Numbered from the stretch's first letter, positions 42,885 through 54,108 are shown. The stretch is DNA of 64,000 nt from Calditrichia bacterium (GCA_963796965.1 CAWCNS010000006.1:96001-160000), one strand, 5' to 3'. Program-made: numbers and translations. The notes: a model not told the origin generated them from the letters alone.

Positions 42885-44600
42885 TTAAACCATCCTTTTA
42901 GGGTTAAGTCTTTCCAGGATCATATCTGATATGGATCCCCCCGAAGGAACCATAGGGAATACCATTTCTTCTTTTAAAACTTTGAACTCAATAAGACTGG
43001 GACCATCATTAATGGCTAACGATTTTTTAATGAGTCCATCAACCTCTTCCATTTTATCTGTTGACCATGATGGAATTTTGAGCGCTTCACCAAGTTTTAC
43101 AAAATCCGGATTGCTTGCTCCCAGATCTGTGAAACTGTACTTTTCCGCATGAAATAATTCCTGCCATTGTCGAACCATACCCAGAAAACTATTGTTGATG
43201 ATCATAAATTTGATGGGCAGTTTATAGGCAACAGCCGTAATCAACTCCTGCATATTCATCTGAAAACCACCATCTCCGCTAACTGATATAATTTGTTTAT
43301 CAGGACAACCGAAGGCGGCACCGATCGCTGCAGGCACTGAAAATCCCATCGTACCCAGACCGCCGCTGGTCAGCAATGAACGGGGATGGGTAAACTTATA
43401 GTACTGTGCTGCAATCATTTGATGCTGACCTACGTCTGTGACAACAATAGCATTTCCTTTTGTCAATTCGGAGATTCTATCAAGTACAAATTGTGGCCGC
43501 ATTTTTCCATCATCTGTTTTATATGCCAGAGGACATTCCTTCTCCCATGCTCTTATTTCCTCCCACCAGGGTTTTATTTGTGGTTTGTTTGGCATTTCAT
43601 TCATCAGTTGTGGAATGATGGTTTTTGCATCACCTACGATGGGTAAGTCTACCAGTACATTTTTATCAATCGCTGTTGGATCAATATCCACATGTATTTT
43701 AAATGCATCCGTCGCAAAAGTGTCCACTTTGCCAGTTACACGGTCATCAAAACGTGCACCAAGGGAAACCAGAACGTCACAATTATTTACAGCCTGATTT
43801 GCCCAGTAGGTGCCATGCATACCAAGCATGCCTAATGACTGCTTATCTCTACCGGGATATGCACCTAATCCTAATAAGGTCATTGTTACAGGCAGATTGA
43901 ACTTTTTAGCAAATGCTGTGAGCTCAGGGCCAGCATTAGCCATTATGACACCGCCACCTACATAAAGAAGAGGTTTTTTCGCAGCTGCAATAATGCGCGC
44001 GGCTTTTTTTATCTGATTGAGGTGACCACCATAAGTTGGTTTATATCCTCTGATTGATGCTTTAGCAGGATAGATAAATTCCGCTTCCGTGGCAATCATG
44101 TTTTTAGGTAAATCAACAAGAACTGGACCAGGTCTGCCTGAAGAAGCAATATAAAATGCTTTTTGTATTGTTGATGCAAGGTCCTTAACATCTCGTACCA
44201 GAAAGCTATGTTTGGTGATCGGTCTTGTGATTCCAATTATATCGGCTTCCTGGAAAGCATCATTTCCAATTAAATGAGTGGGCACCTGTCCGGTAAATAC
44301 GACAATCGGTACTGAATCCAAATAAGCATCCGCAATACCCGTTACCGTATTTGTTGCACCAGGACCTGAAGTAACCAGAACGACACCAACCTTCCCAGTT
44401 GCCTTGGCATATCCTTCTGCCATGTGGGTAGCGCCTTGCTCGTGTCTAACCAGAATATGTTTTAGAAAATCGATATCATAAAGACGCTCATAAATCTTTA
44501 ATGTGGAGCCCCCAGGATATCCAAAAATATATTCTACTTTTTCCTTCTTCAAGGACTCAAAAAATATATCTGCACCCGACATCTTTGTCTTTTTCGTCAT
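42885..44600 (-). CDS. ilvB: Acetolactate synthase large subunit
   Basis: FGYPGG, RHEQG, TSGPGATN, GDGGFQM..NN. Confidence 0.96.
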   Translation of the reverse strand: MTKKTKMSGADIFFESLKKEKVEYIFGYPGGSTLKIYERLYDIDFLKHILVRHEQGATHMAEGYAKATGKVGVVLVTSGPGATNTVTGIADAYLDSVPIVVFTGQVPTHLIGNDAFQEADIIGITRPITKHSFLVRDVKDLASTIQKAFYIASSGRPGPVLVDLPKNMIATEAEFIYPAKASIRGYKPTYGGHLNQIKKAARIIAAAKKPLLYVGGGVIMANAGPELTAFAKKFNLPVTMTLLGLGAYPGRDKQSLGMLGMHGTYWANQAVNNCDVLVSLGARFDDRVTGKVDTFATDAFKIHVDIDPTAIDKNVLVDLPIVGDAKTIIPQLMNEMPNKPQIKPWWEEIRAWEKECPLAYKTDDGKMRPQFVLDRISELTKGNAIVVTDVGQHQMIAAQYYKFTHPRSLLTSGGLGTMGFSVPAAIGAAFGCPDKQIISVSGDGGFQMNMQELITAVAYKLPIKFMIINNSFLGMVRQWQELFHAEKYSFTDLGASNPDFVKLGEALKIPSWSTDKMEEVDGLIKKSLAINDGPSLIEFKVLKEEMVFPMVPSGGSISDMILERLNPKRMV

Positions 44601-44616
44601 GATTTATCCTCTTGAA

Positions 44617-46305
44617 TCATTTAGTTCCCGGAACCTGTAACACGGCACCTGTGTTTGCTGATGACACCATATGTGCATAACGTGCCAGATATCCTTTTTT
44701 TATTTTCAGCTCAAATTTTGGTTTGTCTTTCAACCGGCTTTTTATTTCTTCATCTGTAAGTTGTACATTTAATGTATTTTCAGGTATATTAATCGAAATG
44801 ATATCGCCATCCTCAAGCGCAGCAATCGGACCATTGTCTGCAGCCTCAGGTGATATATGCCCAATACATGCTCCCCTGGTACCGCCCGAGAATCGCCCGT
44901 CTGTTAGAAGGGCCACCTTGTCTCCCAGCCTCATTCCCATAATAGCACTTGTTGGTGTCAACATCTCTGGCATACCGGGACCCCCTCTTGGGCCCTCATA
45001 ACGGATAACTACAACCATCCCTGCTTTTATTTCACCTCCCAGGATTCCTTTAACAGCATCTTCCTGAGATTCATATATTTTTGCCGGTCCGGAATGTACC
45101 AGCATTTCCGGTTCAACGGCAGCGGTTTTTACGATCGAACCATCAGGGGCAATATTGCCAAACAAAATAGCCAATCCTCCTGTAACTGAAAAGGGATTTT
45201 CTAGTTCCCTGATAACTTGTGTGTTCTGATTTACAGCCTCCGCAATGTTCTGCCCTAAAGATTCTCCAGTAACCGTTGGTTGCGAAGTATCGATAAGTCC
45301 TTCACGTTTTGACAATTCTTTCAATATGGCAGATATACCTCCTGCATTTTCCACATCTTCCATATGAACATCACGTGTAGCCGGACTCACTTTACAGATA
45401 TAAGGTACCTTTTTGGACAACTCATTCAGATCAGCCAAATCAATTTTTAGTCCCAGTTCAGTGGCGATTGCGAGAGAATGAAGAATCGTATTTGTGCTGC
45501 CGCCCATTGCCATATCCAAAGCAAAAGCATTGTTAAATGCGGCCCGAGTCATTATTTTTGATGGTTTTAAATCTTCTTCGACCATCCCGATAATCCGGCG
45601 ACCTGCTTTTTTTGCTAATTCATGTCGTCTCTCATCCACTGCCAGGATGGAACCATTCCCGGGTAAAGCGACCCCCAGGGCTTCCATCAAACAATTCATA
45701 GAATTCGCCGTAAACATTCCCGAACAAGAACCACATGTAGGGCATGCAAATGATTCCAGTTCTTTTAATTGCTCCTCATTTATCTCTCCGGTCTGATAAC
45801 TTCCGACTCCTTCAAAAACAGAGATTAGATCAATTTTTTCTCCCGCTTTCGTCCGTCCCGCTTTCATCGGACCACCAGAGATAAAAATTACCGGAATATC
45901 CATACGGGCTGCTGCCATCAGCATTCCAGGTACGATCTTATCACAATTGGGTATACAAACTAATCCGTCCAGACGGTGTGCTTCTGTGACCGTTTCAACT
46001 GAATCCGCAATAAGCTCACGGCTGGCTAAAGAGTACCGCATACCTAAATGCCCCATGGCAATTCCATCATCAACCCCGATAGTGTTAAATTCAAAGGGCA
46101 CACCACCAGCTTCACGAACAGCCTCCTTCACTATCTTTCCAAATTCCTGAAGATGCACATGACCCGGGATGAGATCAATATATGAATTACAAACCCCTAT
46201 AAATGGTTTATCGAAATCACTATCATCTCTGATAACACCAGTAGCTCGGAGAAGACTTCTGTGAGGAGCCTTTTCGAATCCTTTTTTAATTAAATCAGAT
46301 CTCAT
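44617..46305 (-). CDS. ilvD: Dihydroxy-acid dehydratase
   Basis: ATG 46305 (MRSDLIKKG) with [31 protein letters not shown]. Confidence 0.96.
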   Translation of the reverse strand: MRSDLIKKGFEKAPHRSLLRATGVIRDDSDFDKPFIGVCNSYIDLIPGHVHLQEFGKIVKEAVREAGGVPFEFNTIGVDDGIAMGHLGMRYSLASRELIADSVETVTEAHRLDGLVCIPNCDKIVPGMLMAAARMDIPVIFISGGPMKAGRTKAGEKIDLISVFEGVGSYQTGEINEEQLKELESFACPTCGSCSGMFTANSMNCLMEALGVALPGNGSILAVDERRHELAKKAGRRIIGMVEEDLKPSKIMTRAAFNNAFALDMAMGGSTNTILHSLAIATELGLKIDLADLNELSKKVPYICKVSPATRDVHMEDVENAGGISAILKELSKREGLIDTSQPTVTGESLGQNIAEAVNQNTQVIRELENPFSVTGGLAILFGNIAPDGSIVKTAAVEPEMLVHSGPAKIYESQEDAVKGILGGEIKAGMVVVIRYEGPRGGPGMPEMLTPTSAIMGMRLGDKVALLTDGRFSGGTRGACIGHISPEAADNGPIAALEDGDIISINIPENTLNVQLTDEEIKSRLKDKPKFELKIKKGYLARYAHMVSSANTGAVLQVPGTK

Positions 46306-46308
46306 ATA

Positions 46309-46458
46309 GACCTCTGCATATTTCAATTAATTTTGATAATACATACCTCTGCGAGGTCAACCCCAAATTTGAATTTTAATATTAACGGAAACTCAATGTG
46401 AGTGGGATTGACCGATTCTTAACCGATCAGTAGAATCAGGCTAATAATCAGAATCCCA
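46309..46458 (-). promoter_or_regulatory. Attenuator RNA with alternative helices; the output helix sequesters the ilvD SD
   Basis: mRNA pairings: UGGGAUU (46458-46452) with AAUCCCA (46409-46403); GGUCAAUCCC (46413-46404) with GGGGUUGACC (46364-46355); GACCUC-GCA (46358-46350) with UGC-A-GAGGUC (46318-46309, contains the SD). Confidence 0.65.
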
Positions 46459-46565
46459 ATAAGAAGGATCAGAGGGAGTAAAGATAATACGATCACACGG
46501 CCACTTACAGGAAGAGAGGCGCTTAAATCATTTAACAAAAATATATTTTCTGCCGCGTTTTGCAT
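46419..46565 (-). CDS. Branched-chain amino acid leader peptide MQNAAENIFLLNDLSASLPVSGRVIVLSLLPLILLIGILIISLILLIG
   Basis: 48-codon ORF directly upstream of the ilv-leu operon. 20 of the last 25 codons are Ile/Leu/Val. Confidence 0.75.
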   Translation of the reverse strand: MQNAAENIFLLNDLSASLPVSGRVIVLSLLPLILLIGILIISLILLIG

Positions 46566-46598
46566 AATTATTCGCTATTATTAATAAAATTGCTTGCT

Positions 46599-46627
46599 AA
46601 ATTAAAGAAATAAAACTGATATATCAA
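46599..46627 (-). promoter_or_regulatory. Putative sigma70 promoter of the ilv leader
   Basis: TTGATA-17nt-TAATTT on the minus strand. Confidence 0.5.
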
Positions 46628-46671
46628 CTATTAAAGGGATATTTTTGCTCTTTATTCAATCAATTCTTTAC

Positions 46672-49600
46672 CTATGAACGATTTTTTTCCATCCACTGAT
46701 ACAAAGTTGGCAATACGAGTAATGTCAACATCGTTGCAGTAATTAGGCCTCCAATCACAACAGTTGCGAGCGGCCGTTGTACTTCTGAGCCCGGGCCGGT
46801 GTTAAAAGCCATAGGAATAAACCCCAAACTGGCAACTAACGCCGTCATTAAAACAGGACGAAGACGATTTGTTGCACCTTCTAAAACAGCTTCACGTAAG
46901 GTGATACCTTTTTCCCTCAATTCGTTTAGGTGCGCTACAAGAACAATACCATTTAAAACTGCGACACCAAATAAGGCAACAAAACCAATACTGGCAGAAA
47001 CTGAAAGATATAATCCCCGAATATAAAGAAGAAAAATACCTCCTGATAAAGCAAAAGGAAGATTTACAAAGATTAAAATAGCGTACCTGATTTGTCCAAA
47101 CATTAGGTACAATAATCCCATTATGATGAGCAAGGTAAGGGGTACTACAATCATTAGATGTTCCATGGCTCTTTGCTGATTCTCAAATGCTCCTCCAAAT
47201 TCAAGAAAATAGCCCCCTGGTATATTCGCCTTTTTATCAATTGCTCTCTGCAAATTAGTAACATAAGTTCCAATATCAATATCACGAAGATTTATTCCTA
47301 CAATAACACGGCGCCATCCATTCTCACGAGCAATTTCCCGGGGTCCTTCCTGGGCACGAATATCCGCGAGCCTTTTCAGAGGTATAAATCCGCCTGTTGG
47401 TAAGAAAACCGGCGTTTCCGTAATCTTTTCAAAATTATTACGAATATCTTCTGGCAATCGTACAACAATATCGAATCGCCGCTGTCCTTCAAATACTTCA
47501 CTTGCCGTTGCCCCTCCAATGCCAACCTCAATAACACGTTGAACATCATTAACATTTATTCCATGAGAAGCAACAGCAGCCCGATCAATATTAATAGTCA
47601 AATAGGGTTGTCCTATGGTTTGCTCAATATAGACATTATCAGTACCAGGTAATTCTTTTGATATTTGAAGAATATCTTCCCCTATCTTATTTAATATCTC
47701 TAACTCTTCACCAAATATTTTCACCGCAACATCTGATTTCACACCACTGGTTAATTCATCCACACGCATTGCAATGGGTTGAGTAAAGTTATATGACAAA
47801 CCAGGCTCGGTAGTTAATAAGGGGGCTATTTCCTCAATTATTTTATCCTTTGTTACACCACTACGCCACTCATCAGGATCCTTCAATAAGACCCACACAT
47901 CCGTCTGATGAACCCCCATCCAATCATTCGCCAAATCTGATCGTCCTGTTTTTGGAACAACAGTTTCAACCTCGGGAATTCGTTGTTTTATTATTCCAGC
48001 CAACCAGTTTGCATTTTCAACTGATTCTTTAAGGGTTACACTGGGCATTCGAACCTGTTCTACCAGAATTGAACCTTCCTCAAGTTCAGGAAGGAATTCT
48101 GTCCCCAAAAAAGGCATTAAAATCAGGGAGAAAGCAAAAACTACAACCGCAATTGTTATAATTGTTCCTTTATTATCGAGGTTTTTTTCTAAAAATTGCC
48201 TATAGCGAGGCCGAAGCCAATCCATCAGGTAATTTTTGCGAATTTTTACCCCTTTCCGAAAAACAAAAGCAGAAAGTGCCGGCACATAAACCAATGCCAA
48301 GATCAATGAACCGAAAACAGCCGCGGCCACTGTTATTGCCATCGGCCGATATAAAATTCCTTCCATACCACTAAATGTCATAATAGGGACATAAACCATA
48401 AGAATAATCATCACACCAAAAAATATAGGTCTGGAAACCTCGGAGGCAGCGTCACGAATGATTTCAATTTTACTCTTCTGTTCATCAGTTTGTAACCTGT
48501 GAACTATGTTTTCAACCATAACCACCGATCCATCAACCACCATTCCAAAGTCAATAGCCCCAAGACTCATCAAATTAGCAGCAAGGCCAAATTCGCGCAT
48601 ACCTATAAAAGCAAATAACATGGAGAAGGGTATCACTGAAGCAACAATCAATGCACCTTTTATTTCACCTAAAAGTAATAGCAAGACCACAATGACGAAG
48701 AATCCACCCTCAATTAAGTTGGTGGTTACTGTTCCCGTTGTCCGATCAACCAAATCTGATTGATCATAAAATTTTTCAATCATCACTCCCTGAGGAAGAC
48801 TTTTATTAATTTGATCTACCCGTTCGTGAATGGCATGAATAACGTTACGACTATTACCCCCACGTATCATCATCACGATGCCTGTTACAACCTCACCTTT
48901 ACCATCCTGCGTAACGGCTCCCTGCCTTAATTGCTTTCCAATCGTTACTCTTGCTATATCCCTAATAAAAACGGCTCTCTGATCTAATTCAGTCACTATA
49001 ATATTTTCGATATCCTGCCTATCCCGGATTTGCCCGAAGCCCCTTATAATATATTGTTCGCGGTTATGTTCAAGGTAATTTCCTCCAGAGACACTATTAT
49101 TATTTGAAATTGCATCCATAATATCTTTTAGCCCAATACCAAATGTTCTTAACTTTCCCGGTATAATAATTACTTCATATTGTTTTACAAATCCCCCAAA
49201 GGCTGTTATTTCTGTTACCCCCTTGATGGTTTTTAACTGTGGTGCAATCAACCAGTCCTGAATTGTCCTCAGTTCAGTTAGTGAATATCCAGGTCCACGT
49301 ACAACATACTGATAAATCTCTCCAAGAGCTGTAGAAATTGGACCTAATTGCGGAGATGAGACGCCCTCCGGAAGATCATCCACAATACTTTGCAATCGCT
49401 GCGAAACCATCTGGCGAGCAAAATAAATATCTGTTTGTTCATCAAATTCCACTGTGACAGCAGAGAGACCAAACTGGGATATTGATCGAACCTCCTTGAC
49501 CGACGGCAAACCATTCATCGATGTCTCTATTGGATAACTCACTAATTTCTCAACATCATAGGGTGAATAGCGACCTGCCTTGGTAATAACCAATACCTGT

Positions 49601-49740
49601 ACCGGAGTTACATCAGGAAGTGAGTTTATTGGAATACTGGTGAGTGCCTGGAATCCGGCGAATGCCATTAATCCAACGAGTGATAATGCAACCACTTTCT
49701 GTTTCAGGCTAAAATCTATTATGTTATTTAGAATATTCAT
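46672..49740 (-). CDS. czcA: Heavy-metal efflux RND permease (CzcA/CusA family)
   Basis: ANLMSLGAIDFGMVVDGSVVMVEN, GVAVLNG, EVQRPLATVVIGG. Confidence 0.9.
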   Translation of the reverse strand: MNILNNIIDFSLKQKVVALSLVGLMAFAGFQALTSIPINSLPDVTPVQVLVITKAGRYSPYDVEKLVSYPIETSMNGLPSVKEVRSISQFGLSAVTVEFDEQTDIYFARQMVSQRLQSIVDDLPEGVSSPQLGPISTALGEIYQYVVRGPGYSLTELRTIQDWLIAPQLKTIKGVTEITAFGGFVKQYEVIIIPGKLRTFGIGLKDIMDAISNNNSVSGGNYLEHNREQYIIRGFGQIRDRQDIENIIVTELDQRAVFIRDIARVTIGKQLRQGAVTQDGKGEVVTGIVMMIRGGNSRNVIHAIHERVDQINKSLPQGVMIEKFYDQSDLVDRTTGTVTTNLIEGGFFVIVVLLLLLGEIKGALIVASVIPFSMLFAFIGMREFGLAANLMSLGAIDFGMVVDGSVVMVENIVHRLQTDEQKSKIEIIRDAASEVSRPIFFGVMIILMVYVPIMTFSGMEGILYRPMAITVAAAVFGSLILALVYVPALSAFVFRKGVKIRKNYLMDWLRPRYRQFLEKNLDNKGTIITIAVVVFAFSLILMPFLGTEFLPELEEGSILVEQVRMPSVTLKESVENANWLAGIIKQRIPEVETVVPKTGRSDLANDWMGVHQTDVWVLLKDPDEWRSGVTKDKIIEEIAPLLTTEPGLSYNFTQPIAMRVDELTSGVKSDVAVKIFGEELEILNKIGEDILQISKELPGTDNVYIEQTIGQPYLTINIDRAAVASHGINVNDVQRVIEVGIGGATASEVFEGQRRFDIVVRLPEDIRNNFEKITETPVFLPTGGFIPLKRLADIRAQEGPREIARENGWRRVIVGINLRDIDIGTYVTNLQRAIDKKANIPGGYFLEFGGAFENQQRAMEHLMIVVPLTLLIIMGLLYLMFGQIRYAILIFVNLPFALSGGIFLLYIRGLYLSVSASIGFVALFGVAVLNGIVLVAHLNELREKGITLREAVLEGATNRLRPVLMTALVASLGFIPMAFNTGPGSEVQRPLATVVIGGLITATMLTLLVLPTLYQWMEKNRS

Positions 49741-49779
49741 TTAATTTCCGATCAAATAACTAAAATTCAATTGCTCTTA

Positions 49780-50977
49780 CTATTCACCAAATTCTTCAAA
49801 TTTACTGAGAGCTTTGAGACTAAAAACCTGGCTGATTGCCAGGACTTCATTTCCCTTTAATCCTGATTCAACGATCGCCGCTTTACCTGTAAGTCTTTGT
49901 ACTTTGATATATCTTTTTTCATAGTTATTTGGATCCAATTGTACAAATACAGTGGGCAGATCCCCTTCATATTCGACGGCAGACAGGGGTACAGAAATAA
50001 CTGGCTCTGGTGTTGTTACTTTAATATTGAGACGTACATTTTGACCAGGTCTAGGCCATTGTTTAAGCGATTTTGTAATGACATTGATTGTGACTGATTT
50101 ATTGATTGGATCAAGTACGGGATTGATTGTTGTTATCTCTGACAAGAGCTTCTGTTCTTTAAAATCCTTTTGTGTTATTTCAACCGGATCACCAGGTTTA
50201 ACAAGACTACCATCCTCGGGTGATGCATAGCCTTTAATTAATACTTTTTTTAGATCAATAATTGTCATCATTTTTTCATAATTACTAACCGCTTGTCCAT
50301 GATCAATGAGGTGTTCCGTGATTATTCCATTTATTGGAGCATAAACTTTTAAAAAAGGTTGATCTGTTCTTCCTGTATCCCATATATCGATTTGAGCCTG
50401 TTTTACACCAATAGAGAGCAATCGTGTATGTGCAGCTTGTGCAGCAGCGCTTGCACGGGCATAATCAGCTTCTACTTTTTCAAGACTACGTTCAGGACTT
50501 ATTTTTTTATTCACGAGCAAATTTATTCGCTCTAACTGGTTTGCTTGATAGAGTTTTTCTGCTCTCGTTTGGAGATAATCCGAAACAAAATTGGCAAATT
50601 CCAGACTCTCTAATTCCAATAATAATTGTCCTTTCTTTACTGTTTCACCTTCATGAGCATACAAACCAACAATCCTTCCTTGAATTGGGGCACTTACTAA
50701 TGAAATATTATCAGGAGCTGGAAGGGATATCCCAGGGATTGTCAAAATATAGGAGAAATTATCTGTAACAAGTTGTTGCGTCTCTATGTTCAGAGAATTG
50801 CGTTGTTTATCAGTTAATTCGATTTTCTGGTTTTCTACTACTGCTTCTGATTGCAACGAAGGAGGTAGATCATTTGTTTGCTTTTCTTGTTCATTCAGAG
50901 CTATCACTACTACAAGAGATAAACACCAATAGAGATAGTATCACCAATAAGCTTTTCATATCAACTATAATTCTCAT
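49780..50977 (-). CDS. czcB: CzcB-like periplasmic adaptor lipoprotein, with +1 frameshift near 50898
   Basis: SD GAGGT and ATG 50977 give MRIIVDMKSLLVILSLLVFISCSSDS (lipobox). The MFP body (VSAPIQG, APINGII) continues in the +1 frame. Confidence 0.8.
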
Positions 50978-50999
50978 TATAACCTCAACATTTATGAGT

Positions 51000-52268
51000 C
51001 TAATTGCCACAATTGATTGGATCGTTAGAAAATACAAGATCTTTTTGCAAATATTTTTCCAATTCAATCAATCGAAGATAATAGGTTTTTAAAATATCAA
51101 AATAATTTTTTTCAGAATTCAAATAGGTCCTTTGCGCTTCAAGAAGAGTAAGTTGGTCAATCTCACCAATTAGATATCCTTCCATCGTTAAATCACGCAA
51201 CCGAGCAGACTTTTGTCTGACCTGATTATGATATCTTACAATCCCTGCCTTCGCTACTTCATAGCTATGCCAGGATATTTCCAATTTTCTTTTTAATTCA
51301 AGACTTACTTCCGTTTTTTGCCACTCCCAATACCTTTCCTGTGCCTTGGCCATTTGAATTTTTCCCCGCTGATTGAAAGGGAACCATAATGGTATAGAGA
51401 AACCTACCTGATAACCATAATAATCAAATCCCTGGCCATAATTTTGTTGGTAATAACTTAAATCGAGTTTCGGGAGAAAACTTGACCAGGCTTCATTAAC
51501 ACCATAACCTGTCGAGAGATACTTTTTATTGGTACTTTCGTATTCTGGTTGATTCTTCAATGACGCCATCGCTTCTGCCTGATCAACAGTGACTTCAACA
51601 TAGACCAGGGTGTCCGGAAAACTAATTTGGTAATGTTGATCTTCTGGATCCAGACCGATAGTTTTAAACAATGTATATCGCGCTTCATGAAAAGCACGTC
51701 TGGCTTCATCAACCTCATTCTCTGATTGCGCATATAAAATATCCGCTTTCATTAAATCCAGATCTGATGATTCGCCCACTTCGAGCCTTGTTATAGCAGC
51801 AAATCGCAGTTTTTCGGCTATATTCAACTGCTCTTCCCTCAAATGTAGTAATTCAAGGGCATAGGCCAGTTCTGTATAATGGCTTTTAATTATCAATTTC
51901 AATCGTAAACATGCTGCCAGCAATTGTTCTTTCAATGTTTCTTCTTCAAGAGATACCTTTTGTAATCGATAGAAACTGGTTAGCGGAAAATCCAGGGACT
52001 GTTCAATGGTCCATCTTCTCTCAGTAAAGCCGCCGTTACTTTGCCGATCAATACCTTCATCAAAGTAAATGATTTTAGGATCTTCTATACCGAAAGAAGA
52101 CCACCATTCAGCACTTTTCTCTTCAATTCTTTGACGTAATTGATTGATCTGTGGATTTTTTTGCCGTGCTATTTCCAGAGCCTTACTTACAGTTAATTCA
52201 TTCTCTGATGCTATCGACAAGCTAATAAAGAGCAAAATATAAAATAATATTTTGGTAATATTTTTCAT
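51000..52268 (-). CDS. czcC: TolC/CzcC-family outer membrane channel
   Basis: Signal peptide, ARQKNPQI, FSIPLWF, GEIDQLTLLEAQRT. Confidence 0.85.
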   Translation of the reverse strand: MKNITKILFYILLFISLSIASENELTVSKALEIARQKNPQINQLRQRIEEKSAEWWSSFGIEDPKIIYFDEGIDRQSNGGFTERRWTIEQSLDFPLTSFYRLQKVSLEEETLKEQLLAACLRLKLIIKSHYTELAYALELLHLREEQLNIAEKLRFAAITRLEVGESSDLDLMKADILYAQSENEVDEARRAFHEARYTLFKTIGLDPEDQHYQISFPDTLVYVEVTVDQAEAMASLKNQPEYESTNKKYLSTGYGVNEAWSSFLPKLDLSYYQQNYGQGFDYYGYQVGFSIPLWFPFNQRGKIQMAKAQERYWEWQKTEVSLELKRKLEISWHSYEVAKAGIVRYHNQVRQKSARLRDLTMEGYLIGEIDQLTLLEAQRTYLNSEKNYFDILKTYYLRLIELEKYLQKDLVFSNDPINCGN

Positions 52269-52342
52269 GTTTAATATGTAATCCTTAGATTAATTTTGAT
52301 TCAAACTACCCGAATCTTTCAAGAATAACCGACTTTATTAAG

Positions 52343-53182
52343 CTATTCTTTTTTATCCAAAATTATATTTACAATATCAATTGGTAATAAATCATTGTTA
52401 CCAGCAACAGATCGTATCGTATCATCAGAGTCAGCTTTTATCCCAGCTGCAGACAAACGCTTTCGGGCGATTATTACAGTTATATTTTCTTCCTGGGCAA
52501 TCTGTCTAATGGTTTTTCTGCCATATCCTTTACCTTGATGAGATTTGGTTCCAGTAAATTGTCCCCGGGGCGCTATTTTTCTAAACAATTCATTTGGTGA
52601 GAAATCATATTCCTCTGCCAGATCTTTAATTATTGCATTGGGGGACGCATTAATTCCCTGTTCTTTCAGTAATTGTATTAACTGATCGGGTTCAATTTTT
52701 AGGGTACCTGCCAGCTGCTCTACTGTCAATTCTTCGGCATGGGGAATTGGTGGCTCATCTGATTCAGTAGACCATGTATTTTTCATTGATTCACCAAATT
52801 CTATCACGTTTTTAAATGGTGGGATATCCCATAGTACCAATATAAACAACCCGATTGTGAGTACCGAGGCATAAAATAATTCCTGTTTGAGACGATACCT
52901 TTTACTTAATTTATCTTTGAGATAAGAAATGAAAGGTGACCAATTGAAATATAGATGAAATGCGCTTGCAACAATAAATGAAAACGTAAAGATAATATGC
53001 AATGCTTGCCACTGATGCTTTTCAAATCCAATAATAGGAATATATGCCCATTTTGCAATCCGTCCAGGAGGAGCAATATACAATACGAGACCAGAGACAA
53101 TAATAACCAGGAAAGATATGGTTATATATAAACTGGTAAAACTCCGCCATTTAAATTTATTTATCTCAATATCTGTCATCAT
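52343..53182 (-). CDS. DUF4405-like membrane protein with C-terminal short helical repeats
   Basis: SGLVLYIAPPG, WQALH, FHLYFNW TM motifs. The C-terminal repeats are LTVEQLA../TIRQIA../TIRSVA. Confidence 0.7.
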   Translation of the reverse strand: MMTDIEINKFKWRSFTSLYITISFLVIIVSGLVLYIAPPGRIAKWAYIPIIGFEKHQWQALHIIFTFSFIVASAFHLYFNWSPFISYLKDKLSKRYRLKQELFYASVLTIGLFILVLWDIPPFKNVIEFGESMKNTWSTESDEPPIPHAEELTVEQLAGTLKIEPDQLIQLLKEQGINASPNAIIKDLAEEYDFSPNELFRKIAPRGQFTGTKSHQGKGYGRKTIRQIAQEENITVIIARKRLSAAGIKADSDDTIRSVAGNNDLLPIDIVNIILDKKE

Positions 53183-53590
53183 AATTCCTTATAAATATGA
53201 TCTCTGGATACAAAAGTTTAATACATTTATGTATCGTGAAAATAATTTCATTTACTAATTTCTGAATTATTGAATTTTAAATCAACATATCATTTAAACT
53301 GGAATATATTAATTAATTGAATTATAATTCCTCAAACAATTCTATAATTTTTTAACCTGGTGAAATTCCTAAAGTATAATAATTCCTCACAATATATGAT
53401 GGTATAATATTGCAAAAGATACAAATACTATTTAAAGTTGTCTGATCATACAGCATAATCAATATTGCCGGAAAGATCTGAGAATAAACAAACTTTTGGA
53501 TATTAAATAAGTTGTATATGATCTGGCTATTATTATCTAACACTTTACAATTCACAAAGCCGGCAATTTCATAAAACAATAACCACTTAA

Positions 53591-54007
53591 ATGACACAAA
53601 AAATACCACTTAGTATGGATGAGATCGAAAAAAAACTTTCATCGTTTCAATTTCCGGAAGTAGATATTGTTATTGGAATAGCCTCAGGAGGTGTTTATCC
53701 GGCTAAAATTATCTCCCAATTACTCAAAAAGCCCAAAAGTATCATCGAGATTAAATTTCGATCTCTTGATAATTCCCCCCTTTATAAAGAACCAAAATTA
53801 ATAAGAAAGGATGTGATATCTGACAATGTAAATCGCATTTTACTGGTGGATGATGTTAGTGTTAGTGGAAAAACAATAAATCTTGCGAAGAATCTTCTTA
53901 AGGGTTATACCATATTTACTTTAGTATTTAAGGGCCACGCAGATTATGTTTTATTTCCTGATATCAACACATGTGTTTCCTGGCCATGGCATATTCAAGA
54001 TAAATAA
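53591..54007 (+). CDS. Small type I phosphoribosyltransferase
   Basis: VIGIASGG, PRPP loop ILLVDDVSVSGKT, C-terminal WPW. Confidence 0.85.
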   Translation: MTQKIPLSMDEIEKKLSSFQFPEVDIVIGIASGGVYPAKIISQLLKKPKSIIEIKFRSLDNSPLYKEPKLIRKDVISDNVNRILLVDDVSVSGKTINLAKNLLKGYTIFTLVFKGHADYVLFPDINTCVSWPWHIQDK

Positions 54008-54108
54008 AATTACCGGCGTCTTGTTTTTTTTTGAATTAATGATCGTTTATTGCTATCGTATTACAATTGAATAAATCTTATAGCTAATTTAATTTGGAGG
54101 ATATTAAT

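Noticed and set aside
53352..53609. 85-aa minus-strand ORF in an AT-rich spacer
   Set aside because: No SD or motif, and it overlaps the PRTase start. Likely spurious.
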